64,000 nucleotides of DNA, from contig CANLVD010000005.1 in assembly GCA_947494445.1 (NCBI GenBank), forward strand, positions 184,947-248,946, in the 5' to 3' direction. A program made the position numbers and the translations under genes. The first letter of the stretch is position 1. Every line of letters begins with the position of its first letter. This document shows positions 1 to 8,860 of this stretch, piece by piece. Source of the DNA: an uncultured Rhodobacteraceae bacterium (GTDB lineage: Bacteria > Pseudomonadota > Alphaproteobacteria > Rhodobacterales > Rhodobacteraceae). The notes under the pieces are model-generated. The model saw only the letters and a program-made list of their open reading frames with translations, ran no database searches and was not told the origin of the DNA.

Positions 1-289
1 AATTCGCGGTTAGCATGGGCCTGAAATGTTCGCGGATGCGTCTCAAAAACACCTGAGACGCATCCGCGGAAGTGCATTCGGGAGTGGGGGCTGCGCCGAA
101 TACTGCTAACTTGAATATATCAATCAGTTTCAAAGACAAGCGAGTCGCAATTGATGCGGAATTTGAGCGGTTTTCCGCCACAATTGAATTGCGATGGCTG
201 GCATTGTTCATGAAAGCAAGGCCGGCTTCATCAATGAAAATGGCATTTGGCGAAACATCGACATGCATATTCTTGACCTGCCCTGACAT
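1..289 (-). CDS. partial ORF of unknown function running off the left edge (ATG at 289)
   Basis: Manual minus-strand translation from 289 (MSGQVKNMHVDVSPNAIFIDEAGLAFMNNASHRN...) stays open to position 2. It is absent from the ORF track, presumably because it has no stop in the window. No family recognised. Confidence 0.25.
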   Translation of the reverse strand, partial: MSGQVKNMHVDVSPNAIFIDEAGLAFMNNASHRNSIVAENRSNSASIATRLSLKLIDIFKLAVFGAAPTPECTSADASQVFLRRIREHFRPMLTAN

Positions 290-340
290 GGTTCCAATTG
301 GGTGTCGGACCGCGACAGGTATCGCGGCCCGGACGTGTGG

Positions 341-1555
341 TTATTCGACCAGACCGGCTTCTTTTGCCGCGGTCAGGTAAGCTGCTTCGATATCGGCCAA
401 AGCGGTGGCCGCATCTTTCGCACCGGTCATGAAGTCAGAGATGCCGTTGCCAAGTGCTGTGTGCATCAGACCCATCTGAGACGAGGCGGGATAGGGCACG
501 GCACCCGCTGCGGCGGATGCGGCAGCACCGGCGGCCAACGGGCCAGGCTCGAAGCCCGGGATCAGCCAGACAGCTGCGTCGTTGTTGGCCTGAACCATCT
601 CGCTGTCCATGCCTTCCATGGCGACCTTGAAGGCGTTTTCGGCCTCTTCGTCAGAGATGTTCTTGGCGATCACGATGCCGTCCCACCACAGTGTGGTTGC
701 CGGACGCATGCCCTCGGCTGGCGACGGCGCGATCGACATGGTCACCTTGTCGACCACCTGGCTTTCCTCGGCGATGTTCATCGCACCTGCGCGCGACGCC
801 CAGAGGTTAGCCATGGCGATTTTGCCCTGCTGGAACTGCTGCTGAACATAGGTGCTGTCAGACACCAGATACTCGGGGTCCATGTAGGCGGTCAGCGATT
901 TCATCAGCTCAAGTGCAGCGACGCCATTTTCGTTGTTGATCGATGGTGTGTTGCCGTCGCCGAAGAACTCTCCACCGTGGCCGAGGTACATGTTGACGAA
1001 GTCCTGAGCCAGGTTCCAGCCGGTCTTGAACGTGCCGCCAAGCGGATAGTCAACAACACCAGCGGCCTTGATCTTTTCGGCTGCAGCCAGAACGTCACCA
1101 TAGGTGGTTGGCGCTTCGATGCCGAGATCGGCAAAGATGTCCGAGCGGTACATCATGTGCTGGACGTTGACCATCATGGCCACCGCCATGATCTGTCCGT
1201 CAACGCGGATCAGCTGGTTTGGTGTCAGCTGCGCGCCGTATTTCTCGACCAGATCATCCAGAGGACGGATCGTGCCCTGATTGAGAAGTGGCACCAGAGT
1301 GCCGTTGGCCACGCCGCCGATGTGGTAGAGCGAAGGGTTCGCTGCAAAGGCTGCTGGCTGTTTTTCGCGGAATTCCTGATCCAGTTCCGCCTCGACCATG
1401 CCGCATTCGGCCATGGCGTCGGTGACGGCTTTCCAGGCCTCAAAGCCTGCGGTCAGTGACTTCACCGTGGTGGTGTTGGTCATGGCGCAATCTGCATATG
1501 CGCCGGTTCCCAGAAGCGCGACCGCGCCTGCCAGTGCCAGTGATTTGAGTTTCAT
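341..1555 (-). CDS. ABC transporter substrate-binding protein (family-1 sugar-type solute-binding protein)
   Basis: 404 aa with signal peptide MKLKSLALAGAVALLGTGAYA. Composition and length are typical of carbohydrate SBPs, and it sits next to a MalK/UgpC-like ATPase. Confidence 0.85.
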   Translation of the reverse strand: MKLKSLALAGAVALLGTGAYADCAMTNTTTVKSLTAGFEAWKAVTDAMAECGMVEAELDQEFREKQPAAFAANPSLYHIGGVANGTLVPLLNQGTIRPLDDLVEKYGAQLTPNQLIRVDGQIMAVAMMVNVQHMMYRSDIFADLGIEAPTTYGDVLAAAEKIKAAGVVDYPLGGTFKTGWNLAQDFVNMYLGHGGEFFGDGNTPSINNENGVAALELMKSLTAYMDPEYLVSDSTYVQQQFQQGKIAMANLWASRAGAMNIAEESQVVDKVTMSIAPSPAEGMRPATTLWWDGIVIAKNISDEEAENAFKVAMEGMDSEMVQANNDAAVWLIPGFEPGPLAAGAAASAAAGAVPYPASSQMGLMHTALGNGISDFMTGAKDAATALADIEAAYLTAAKEAGLVE

Positions 1556-1661
1556 GTTCTAGGTCTCTCCCTGTTGTCAGTAACCGGGGCCGCTCATGTG
1601 CACTTTGAGCGGACCGGCAGTATGCCCGGCAGCGCCTTTCAGGACGGTGCCGGGAATGGCG

Positions 1662-2711
1662 TCAGGCCAGTCGATTGCCGGTATCGGAGGCAAACAGATG
1701 GCATATGCCCGGCGGTATCGACAGGTGAACCTCCTGTCCGATGGCCGCGCGGTACTCCTTGTGGGCCTTGACCGAGACGAGCGCGCCACCTGCGCGCACG
1801 GTCAGCATGGTCGCATCGCCCAGAAGCTCCATGGTGTAGACTTTCGAGGTCACCTCGGCTGCTGTCTCGGAAACGGAGGCGTCTTCGGCCCTGTAGCCGA
1901 GCGTGGCCGGGCCATTGGGGCCGGTCAGGCCCGTGATGGTGATGTTCTCGCCGGTAAAGGTGCCGTCCTCTAACTCCCCTTCCATCAGGTTCATGGCAGG
2001 TGAGCCGATGAAGCTGGCGACAAAGGTGTTGGCCGGATTGTCGTAGATCTCGGTCGGTGTGCCGACCTGTTGCACGATGCCTGCCTTCATCACCACCACA
2101 CGATCAGCCAGCGTCATGGCTTCGATCTGGTCATGGGTCACGTAGATCGTCGTGACCTTCAACTCGTGGCTGAGGTTCTTGATCTGCGCCCGGGTGGACA
2201 CCCGCAGCTTGGCATCGAGGTTCGACAGAGGCTCGTCCATCAGAAAGACGTTCGGCTCTCTGACAATGGCGCGCGCCAAAGCCACACGCTGGCGCTGACC
2301 GCCAGAGAGTTCGGCAGGTTTGCGGTGCAGAAATGGTTCAAGCTCGACCATCTTGGCCGCGCGCATCACCCGGTCATCATGGCTCGCCTCATCGACCTTG
2401 CGGACCTTCAGAGGGAAGCGAATGTTCTCGTAGACATTCATGTTGGGATAGAGGCCGTAGGACTGGAACACCATGGCCACGTCGCGGTCCTTTGGGTCAA
2501 GATCGTTGACCACCTTGCCATCGATGACGATTTCGCCACTGGTGGCCTCTTCAAGGCCCGCGACCATTCGCATCGTTGTGGTCTTGCCACAGCCCGAGGG
2601 GCCGAGCAAAACCAGAAACTCTTCATCGGCAATGGTAAGGTTGAAATCATCGACACCGACAAAGCTGCCCCAGCGTTTGGACAGGTTGCGAAGTTCAATC
2701 TGGGCCATCAA
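1662..2711 (-). CDS. ABC transporter ATP-binding protein, MalK/UgpC-like
   Basis: Walker A GPSGCGKTT, signature [14 protein letters not shown], Walker B FLMDEPLSNLD, and a C-terminal TOBE-like extension. Confidence 0.9.
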   Translation of the reverse strand: MMAQIELRNLSKRWGSFVGVDDFNLTIADEEFLVLLGPSGCGKTTTMRMVAGLEEATSGEIVIDGKVVNDLDPKDRDVAMVFQSYGLYPNMNVYENIRFPLKVRKVDEASHDDRVMRAAKMVELEPFLHRKPAELSGGQRQRVALARAIVREPNVFLMDEPLSNLDAKLRVSTRAQIKNLSHELKVTTIYVTHDQIEAMTLADRVVVMKAGIVQQVGTPTEIYDNPANTFVASFIGSPAMNLMEGELEDGTFTGENITITGLTGPNGPATLGYRAEDASVSETAAEVTSKVYTMELLGDATMLTVRAGGALVSVKAHKEYRAAIGQEVHLSIPPGICHLFASDTGNRLA

Positions 2712-2815
2712 TCACCCCTGTTGGAAGGTGGGCTGCATAATTTTGCAATCGTATGCAAAAAGCTAGACTCAGGGTGATCCGTTTGGCAACACTTTTCTCA
2801 GACAGCAGCCTGACC

Positions 2816-3841
2816 ATGCCAAGGATTCCCTCGCAAATGCCTGATTTCCGTGCAGATACACAAAGCGCCCTTTCTTCCCTTTTGACAGTTCCTGATGCTG
2901 AACTGGACAGTTTCGCCGGCAAAGTGCTGGTAGAAAACGCCGTTTGGGATGTCAGCGATCCGGTTGGATCGCTGATTGGACCCGAAGCGATTCTCAATGG
3001 TTTTATCCGCCCGTTGCGTGCTGCCCTGACCCAGGTGCAGCGCCGGGATGAAATTTTCATGGGCGCTGCCAACATTCGTGAAGAAGGCGGAAACTGGTGC
3101 GCGTCCGTCATGCATTACGTCGGCAATTTCGACGGGCCGCTTTGGGGGATGTCGCCCTGTCAGCGGTTGGTGTTCCTGCGCGCGGGAGAGTTTTACAGGG
3201 TAGATCAAGGCAAGATCACAAAGGCGCGGATCATCATCGATCTGATTGACCTGATGCGTCAGGCCGGGCGCTTTCCATTGCCTATGGAGCTTGGAACCGA
3301 GATGCTGTTTCCCGGACCTGCCACCCATGATGGCGTGTTTCCACAAGGCGGTGACGGCGTGGCGAGCCTTGCAGTGGTCGAAGGCATGTTCGCGGATCTG
3401 CATGCCTTTGATCCCGAGACATTCTCTAGCAAGGGGCAGACAGGCTCGACCGGTTATTGGGCCGATGACATGCTCTGGTACGGGCCCGGTGGCATCGGCT
3501 CGAACTATCTGTGGAGCGGTTTCGTGAAGGACCACCGGGAGAGTTTCCTCAAGGCTTTCCCGGACCGCAAGGGCGGCAATCACTACTGCCGCATTGGCGA
3601 TGGAAACTATGTGGCCGCCTCGGGCTGGCCTTCGATGACCATGACATTTCAGGGGGATTACCTGGGCGTGAAGGCAGATGGGAGGCCGCTTACGCTTCGG
3701 GTGATGGATTTCTATCGCTGTGCGGGCGGTCAGATCAAGGAGAACTGGGTGCATCTGGATTACGTGAACCTGTTGGCGCAGATGGGGTTTGATGCAATCG
3801 CGGCCTCGGAAGCGCTGGCATCATCGGAGCGCCCGCAGTAG
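2816..3841 (+). CDS. hypothetical protein, possibly a tandem NTF2/SnoaL-like (ester cyclase-like) fold
   Basis: Long ORF divergent from the ABC ATPase. The start is placed at the internal ATG (MPRIPSQ); the track ORF begins at 2753. Family call is weak. Confidence 0.45.
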   Translation: MPRIPSQMPDFRADTQSALSSLLTVPDAELDSFAGKVLVENAVWDVSDPVGSLIGPEAILNGFIRPLRAALTQVQRRDEIFMGAANIREEGGNWCASVMHYVGNFDGPLWGMSPCQRLVFLRAGEFYRVDQGKITKARIIIDLIDLMRQAGRFPLPMELGTEMLFPGPATHDGVFPQGGDGVASLAVVEGMFADLHAFDPETFSSKGQTGSTGYWADDMLWYGPGGIGSNYLWSGFVKDHRESFLKAFPDRKGGNHYCRIGDGNYVAASGWPSMTMTFQGDYLGVKADGRPLTLRVMDFYRCAGGQIKENWVHLDYVNLLAQMGFDAIAASEALASSERPQ

Positions 3842-3874
3842 GGTCAGAGTGTTTGACCCAATCAGGCCTGTCCC

Positions 3875-4744
3875 ATGATCGACGCGCATCACCATCTCTG
3901 GAACCTGTCCACAGTGAATTACCCATGGCTGATGGAGAAGGGGGCGAAACGCTTTTTCGGGGACCCGACCCCGATCCAGCGGAATTACGAGGCGGCCGAA
4001 TTCAGTACCGAGGCGGGCGCTGAGGGCGTGACCCAATCCGTTCACATTCAGGTCGGGGCAGACGATCCATGGGCCGAGGCCGTCTGGGTTGACGGCCAGG
4101 CTCAGGAAACGCCGGGCTGGCCTGCGGCTCAAGTGGCGTTTTGCGACCTGGCCGATGGCGATGCGGAGTTGCAGTTGGACCGGCTGATGAGCCTGCCAAC
4201 GGTGCGCGGTGTGCGCCAGATTGTTGGCCGTGCCGCAGAAGAGGATGCAGCCTCGGGCACCAACGCGCTTCTGTCCAACTCGGATTTCGTCGCCCGGCTG
4301 GGCGTTCTGGCCGAAGAAGGCCTGAGCTTTGATCTGCAACTGACACCGCCGCTGATGGCGCAGGCTGCAGATATTTTCGGGGCACAACCTGATCTGCAGG
4401 TGGCGCTGTGTCATGCAGGCTCGCCCCATGATCGAAGCCCGGACGGGCTGGCGCTCTGGGCAGAGCAGTTGAAGCCCCTGTCTGGCTGTCCGAACATCAC
4501 CTGCAAGCTTTCGGGGCTGGGCATGTTTGACCATGGCTGGACGCCCGAGAGGTTTCGTCCGATTGTCGATGTGGTGCTGGAGCAGTTCGGGGCCGAGCGT
4601 GTGATGTTCGGGTCAAACTTTCCGGTGGACAAGCTGACCAGCAGCTATGCCGATCTGGTGGCGGCATACCGCGATCTGATCCCGGCGCAGGATCATGATG
4701 CCGTGTTTCGGGCCACAGCGGCCCGGTTCTACCGGTTGGACTGA
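3875..4744 (+). CDS. amidohydrolase-2 family protein (lactonase/decarboxylase-type metal hydrolase)
   Basis: N-terminal MIDAHHHLWN metal-binding motif and C-terminal FGSNFPVD motif, both typical of the Amidohydro_2 family. Confidence 0.8.
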   Translation: MIDAHHHLWNLSTVNYPWLMEKGAKRFFGDPTPIQRNYEAAEFSTEAGAEGVTQSVHIQVGADDPWAEAVWVDGQAQETPGWPAAQVAFCDLADGDAELQLDRLMSLPTVRGVRQIVGRAAEEDAASGTNALLSNSDFVARLGVLAEEGLSFDLQLTPPLMAQAADIFGAQPDLQVALCHAGSPHDRSPDGLALWAEQLKPLSGCPNITCKLSGLGMFDHGWTPERFRPIVDVVLEQFGAERVMFGSNFPVDKLTSSYADLVAAYRDLIPAQDHDAVFRATAARFYRLD

Positions 4745-4747
4745 CGC

Positions 4748-5662
4748 ATGGCGCAGGGCTCCGCGCCTGAGATCAACAATTTCAAGGGCATCATCTGGAT
4801 TCTGATTTCAGTTTTCGGCTCATCTATCATGAGCGTCGTGGTGCGTGGCATCTCGGCCGATCTGGACAGCCGGATGATTGTCTTGCTGCGCGCTGGCCTG
4901 ACCACGGCGGCGATTGTCATTGCCTTCGTGGCGCTCGCCCGGTTTCGTAAAAGCCTGCGGTTCACCCATCCTGCCTCGCATCTGATCAGGGGCGGTATGA
5001 TTGCAATTTCGACCCATATGGGGTTTTACGCGCTGGCCAATCTGCCGCTTGCCACAGTCACCGTCCTGTTTTTCACCGCACCGATTTTCGCCACGATACT
5101 GGCCGCCCTCTGGCACCGGGAGCGGGTTGGGCTGCGGCGCTGGTCTGCGGTGATGGCGGGTTTTGTCGGGGCATTGATCATTCTGCGCCCCGGTCTGGAA
5201 GCTTTCGAGCCTGCGATGATCGTGGCACTGGGATCATCGGCCTTCTTTGCCATCGCCCTGACCTTTTCGCGTTCACTGGCCCATGCTGACGGGGCGGCCT
5301 CAACGTTCGTGTCCTCTGTGGTGATCACACTGATATTCTCAATCCCGGTGGCCGCTCCGGTTTTCGCGCTGCCGGCCACTTTTGTGATCTGGCTGCTGGT
5401 TCTGGTTCTGGTGATCACCGGTTCGCTGCGCTCTGTGGCTGACATTCAGGCCTATCGCTACGGGGAGGCCGGGTTGATCGCGCCTTTCGTTTACCTGCGT
5501 CTCGTGGTGACCGGGATTGCCGGATACCTGTTGTTTGACGAGGTGCCCGACGGGCCGACATGGGCAGGCGCTGCAATCATCGTGGCGGCTACGCTTTACA
5601 TCAGCCACCGCGAACGACAGGCCCGGCGCGGCAGATCTGCGCAGGCCAAAGGGCCTGCTTGA
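4748..5662 (+). CDS. DMT superfamily (EamA-like) transporter
   Basis: 304 aa with about 10 hydrophobic helices in two EamA-like halves. Confidence 0.85.
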   Translation: MAQGSAPEINNFKGIIWILISVFGSSIMSVVVRGISADLDSRMIVLLRAGLTTAAIVIAFVALARFRKSLRFTHPASHLIRGGMIAISTHMGFYALANLPLATVTVLFFTAPIFATILAALWHRERVGLRRWSAVMAGFVGALIILRPGLEAFEPAMIVALGSSAFFAIALTFSRSLAHADGAASTFVSSVVITLIFSIPVAAPVFALPATFVIWLLVLVLVITGSLRSVADIQAYRYGEAGLIAPFVYLRLVVTGIAGYLLFDEVPDGPTWAGAAIIVAATLYISHRERQARRGRSAQAKGPA

Positions 5663-5663
5663 G

Positions 5664-5697
5664 GCCTCCGGCGGGGATATTTTACCAAGAAGTGAGG
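5664..5697 (+). repeat. intergenic repeat copy A (GCCTCCGGCGGGGATATTTTACCAAGAAGTGAGG)
   Basis: Shares GCCTCCGGCGGG..TATTT with the copies at 10683 and 28898. Shares GGGGATATTT...CCAAGAAGTG.GG with the copy at 17233. Confidence 0.7.
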
Positions 5698-5703
5698 TGT
5701 GGT

Positions 5704-6300
5704 TCAGAAGGACTTGCGGGCGCGCAGCGCAGCCGAGATTGTGCCATCGTCCAGATAATCAAGCTCTCCCCCGATGGGCACGCCCTGAGCCAGCGAGGTG
5801 ATGGTGGTGCCTGTCGGTTCCAGCTGATCCGCAATGTAGTGGGCCGTGGTCTGGCCGTCGACAGTGGCGTTCAGCGCGAGGATCACTTCTGATGTCTGAT
5901 CATTGGCCACCCGGCCAACCAGATGGGGGATGCGCAGATCATCGGGGCCGATGCCATCCAGCGCGGAAAGAACGCCGCCCAGCACATGGTAGCGCCCGCG
6001 AAATTCGCCAGAGCGTTCCATGGCCCAGAGATCGGCGATGTCCTCGACCACGCAGAGCGTGCTGTCGAGACGTTTGGGATCGATGCAGATGCCGCATTGA
6101 TCACCCGTCGAGAGGTTGCCGCAATTGGCACAGATGCGCACTGTCTGGGCGACCTGCTGCATCGCCTCGGTCAGCGGATCAAGGAGAAGCGCGCGTTTGC
6201 GCACCATGGTCAGAACCGCGCGCCGGGCGGAGCGCGGGCCCAGACCGGGCAATCGGGCCATCAGATCGATCAGCCCCTCGATTGCGCTGTCCCCGCTCAT
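5704..6300 (-). CDS. recR: recombination protein RecR
   Basis: 198 aa with an N-terminal HhH ([11 protein letters not shown]), a C4 zinc finger (CANCG...CGIC) and Toprim-type motifs. Confidence 0.95.
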   Translation of the reverse strand: MSGDSAIEGLIDLMARLPGLGPRSARRAVLTMVRKRALLLDPLTEAMQQVAQTVRICANCGNLSTGDQCGICIDPKRLDSTLCVVEDIADLWAMERSGEFRGRYHVLGGVLSALDGIGPDDLRIPHLVGRVANDQTSEVILALNATVDGQTTAHYIADQLEPTGTTITSLAQGVPIGGELDYLDDGTISAALRARKSF

Positions 6301-6304
6301 CGTC

Positions 6305-7432
6305 TCAGTTGACCTTGCGCACCAGAACCGAGCCTACGGAGTAGCCCGCTCCGAAAGAGCAGATCAGCCCCAGATCACCGTCTGACAGATCATCGGAATA
6401 TTGCGAAAAAGCGATGATCGACCCGGCAGAGGAGGTGTTTGCGTAATTTTGCAGGATGTTGGGTTGTTCGTCTGGCGCTGGCGTGCGGCCCAGCACTTTG
6501 CGGCCAATGAAGTCATTCATCGATTTGTTGGCCTGATGCAACCAGAGGCGTTTGAGCGCGTCCGGGCTTGTTGCCTCTTCCTCAAGATGGCCAAGGATAT
6601 GGCTGCTGACAATCGGCAGCACCTCCTTGAAGACCTTGCGACCTTCCTGCATGAACTGCATGTCACGCCGGTCGGCCACACCATCGGGACGGGAGCGGCG
6701 CAAATATCCATTGTTGTTGCGGATGTTATTGGAAAACTGGGTCAGGCAGCGAGTGGAACGGATGTCGAAATGCGGGCGGCCCTCATCCTCGTCCAGACGT
6801 TCCAGAAGCACCGCCGTACAGACATCGCCAAAGATGAAATGACAGTCGCGGTCGCGCCATTCCAGATGGCCCGAGCAGATCTCTGGATTGACCATCAGAA
6901 CCGACCGGACCGAGCCCGAGCGGATCATGTCGCTGGCAGCCTGAATGCCGAAGGTGGCCGAGGAGCAGGCAACATTCATGTCAAAGCCGAAACCCGATAT
7001 GCCAAGCTGGTCCTGCACTTCGACTGCAATGGCAGGGTAGGCGCGTTCCATATTCGATGCCGCCACAATCACGGCGTCCACGTCACCGGGTTCGCGCCCG
7101 GCCTTGGCGAGCGCCTTTTGGGCTGCGTCCATCGCCATTTCTGTCATGATCGAGGGTTCGTCATCACTGCGCTGGCGCAGAAGAGGATGCATGACTTTCG
7201 GGTCCAGAACACCGGATTTGTCCATCACATGGCGCTGCTCGATCCCTGAAGCCTTGAGAATGAACTCAGACGAGGAGTGTTCCTTGGCCTCAACCTTGCC
7301 TGCTGCAATCGCATCTGCATGCTCAGTGTTATAGAGGTCGGCATAGGCGTTGAAAGCTGTGACCAGTTCGTCATTTGTGATCACCGCTTCGGGCGTGAAG
7401 ACACCCGATCCGGTCAGGGCAACGCGGTGCAT
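6305..7432 (-). CDS. beta-ketoacyl-ACP synthase III-like condensing enzyme
   Basis: 375 aa with active-site Cys context [10 protein letters not shown], then LHQANKSMN and NTSSAGS (Cys-His-Asn triad). Its start overlaps the ybaB stop (TGATG). Confidence 0.85.
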   Translation of the reverse strand: MHRVALTGSGVFTPEAVITNDELVTAFNAYADLYNTEHADAIAAGKVEAKEHSSSEFILKASGIEQRHVMDKSGVLDPKVMHPLLRQRSDDEPSIMTEMAMDAAQKALAKAGREPGDVDAVIVAASNMERAYPAIAVEVQDQLGISGFGFDMNVACSSATFGIQAASDMIRSGSVRSVLMVNPEICSGHLEWRDRDCHFIFGDVCTAVLLERLDEDEGRPHFDIRSTRCLTQFSNNIRNNNGYLRRSRPDGVADRRDMQFMQEGRKVFKEVLPIVSSHILGHLEEEATSPDALKRLWLHQANKSMNDFIGRKVLGRTPAPDEQPNILQNYANTSSAGSIIAFSQYSDDLSDGDLGLICSFGAGYSVGSVLVRKVN

Positions 7433-7776
7433 CAGAAGGGCAGTTTCATGCCGGGCGGCAGGCCCATGCCTTCGGTCACCGAGGCCATTTCGGCCTGTGC
7501 GGCGTCAGCTGCCTTGGCCTGTGCATCCTTGATGGCGGCCAGGATCAGGTCTTCGACAACTTCCTTGTCATCGCCGTTGAAGATAGACGGATCAATGTTG
7601 ATGCCGGTCAGCGTGCCCTTGGCGTTTGCTGTCGCCTTGACCAGACCCGCACCGGCCTCGCCTTCAACCATGACGGTTTCAAGCCGGTCCTGGGCCTCCG
7701 TCATCTTGGATTGCATTTCCTGCGCCTGTTTCATGATCTTGGCCATATCGCCAAGACCGCCAAGTCCCTTGAGCAT
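7432..7776 (-). CDS. ybaB: YbaB/EbfC family nucleoid-associated protein
   Basis: 114 aa beginning MLKGLGGLGDMAKIMKQAQEMQSKM, in the conserved dnaX/recR neighbourhood. Confidence 0.9.
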   Translation of the reverse strand: MLKGLGGLGDMAKIMKQAQEMQSKMTEAQDRLETVMVEGEAGAGLVKATANAKGTLTGINIDPSIFNGDDKEVVEDLILAAIKDAQAKAADAAQAEMASVTEGMGLPPGMKLPF

Positions 7777-7866
7777 TTCCGGTCTCCTTGCCTGCCTGTT
7801 GAGTTCTGTCAGTGATAAGCATTGAGGCGACGGCTCACAAGGGGCTTGGGCGCTGGGGAGTGCTGC

Positions 7867-8778
7867 TCAGTAACCGGGCAGCGAGCGGATGTCGTTATAC
7901 AGGATCGCAGCCTCCGTCATGGTTTGCATCATCGGCTCGGACAGGCGTGCGATGCGGGCCATGGCTGCCCGGTCGGGTGCTTCGCCTTGCGCGGAAGGGG
8001 CGAACAGTGGGCGGATTTCTTCCCACATGTGGCGCACATTGCGCAATTTGCTTTCGATCACAGACGTCGGCGCCTGCACGACGCCAGCATCGGGAAAGCC
8101 GTCGATCAAGGCGTCAAGAGACCGGTCAAACAATTCCACAGTTTTCATCACCAGTGCGCCTTCATCCGGTTGAGGATCGTTATGAAGACCCAGCATGCAG
8201 GCCTCCTTGACCATCTTCTGGCTGAGCATCAATTGCCGCCCGGCAACACCTACGGTGATCGTCAGAGCAAGCGGTATGTCGAGTTTCGAGATGCCGTAGA
8301 CCCGGCTGATCTGCTTGTTCGCGCTGTCCATCAGGTCCATCACTTCAAGGCCATCGGTGTTCATGGACTGAAGAGCGACAGGGTCGATTTTCTTGGTGCT
8401 GATCAGTGTTTTGGCGTGATAATCGAACCGTTTCCAAGGCGAGTCCGACTTCTCAAACACGTTCAGGACACTGCGTTCCGTTTCCTTGCCGATGCCAAGG
8501 CGTTCATCGCCATAGCGCAACCCCTCGTCCGATGCCGTGTACTGACGGTGGGACATCAAAAGCTGGTCGTAATGCGACGGACCTTCGATCTGGCGCCCGA
8601 TCATGCAGGCGGCTTTGGACATGCGCTGGGAGAGCATGCGTTGCTGGTTGGCAAGGCTTGCTTTGGTGATGGCGGCTTGAATGGTGGTTTCGTTGCGTGT
8701 TTCTGCCCAGGCAGGTGCTGCGAAACCGGCGGATACACAAAGAACAAGACATACTGACCGTGCGGATGTGCGGATCAT
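7867..8778 (-). CDS. secreted protein with two PilJ/NarX-type N-terminal sensor repeats and no output domain
   Basis: Signal peptide ...FAAPAWA. Two copies of the AGRQRMLSQR-type motif (LANQQRMLSQRMSKAACM and VAGRQLMLSQKMVKEACM). Confidence 0.6.
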   Translation of the reverse strand: MIRTSARSVCLVLCVSAGFAAPAWAETRNETTIQAAITKASLANQQRMLSQRMSKAACMIGRQIEGPSHYDQLLMSHRQYTASDEGLRYGDERLGIGKETERSVLNVFEKSDSPWKRFDYHAKTLISTKKIDPVALQSMNTDGLEVMDLMDSANKQISRVYGISKLDIPLALTITVGVAGRQLMLSQKMVKEACMLGLHNDPQPDEGALVMKTVELFDRSLDALIDGFPDAGVVQAPTSVIESKLRNVRHMWEEIRPLFAPSAQGEAPDRAAMARIARLSEPMMQTMTEAAILYNDIRSLPGY

Positions 8779-8860
8779 GGGGGGCTCCTGTTGTGACCTT
8801 ATGGATAGGAGATCACCCCAGCAGTCTTATGAAACTGTTAAGCCCTGCCCGCTAACAGGG

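Noticed and set aside
72-380. Plus-strand ORF 72..380 at the left edge
   Set aside because: It has odd composition, no ribosome-binding site and overlaps the end of the SBP gene. The minus-strand frame is open through the same region, so neither can be called confidently.
302-1459. Long antisense ORFs opposite confident genes (for example 302..1459 +, 20492..21874 -, 27679..28764 +, 33508..34383 -, 35056..35973 -, 49336..50421 -)
   Set aside because: These are typical high-GC shadow frames. Their translations are Arg/Gly/His/Pro-rich with no motifs, and each fully overlaps a gene carrying strong family signatures.
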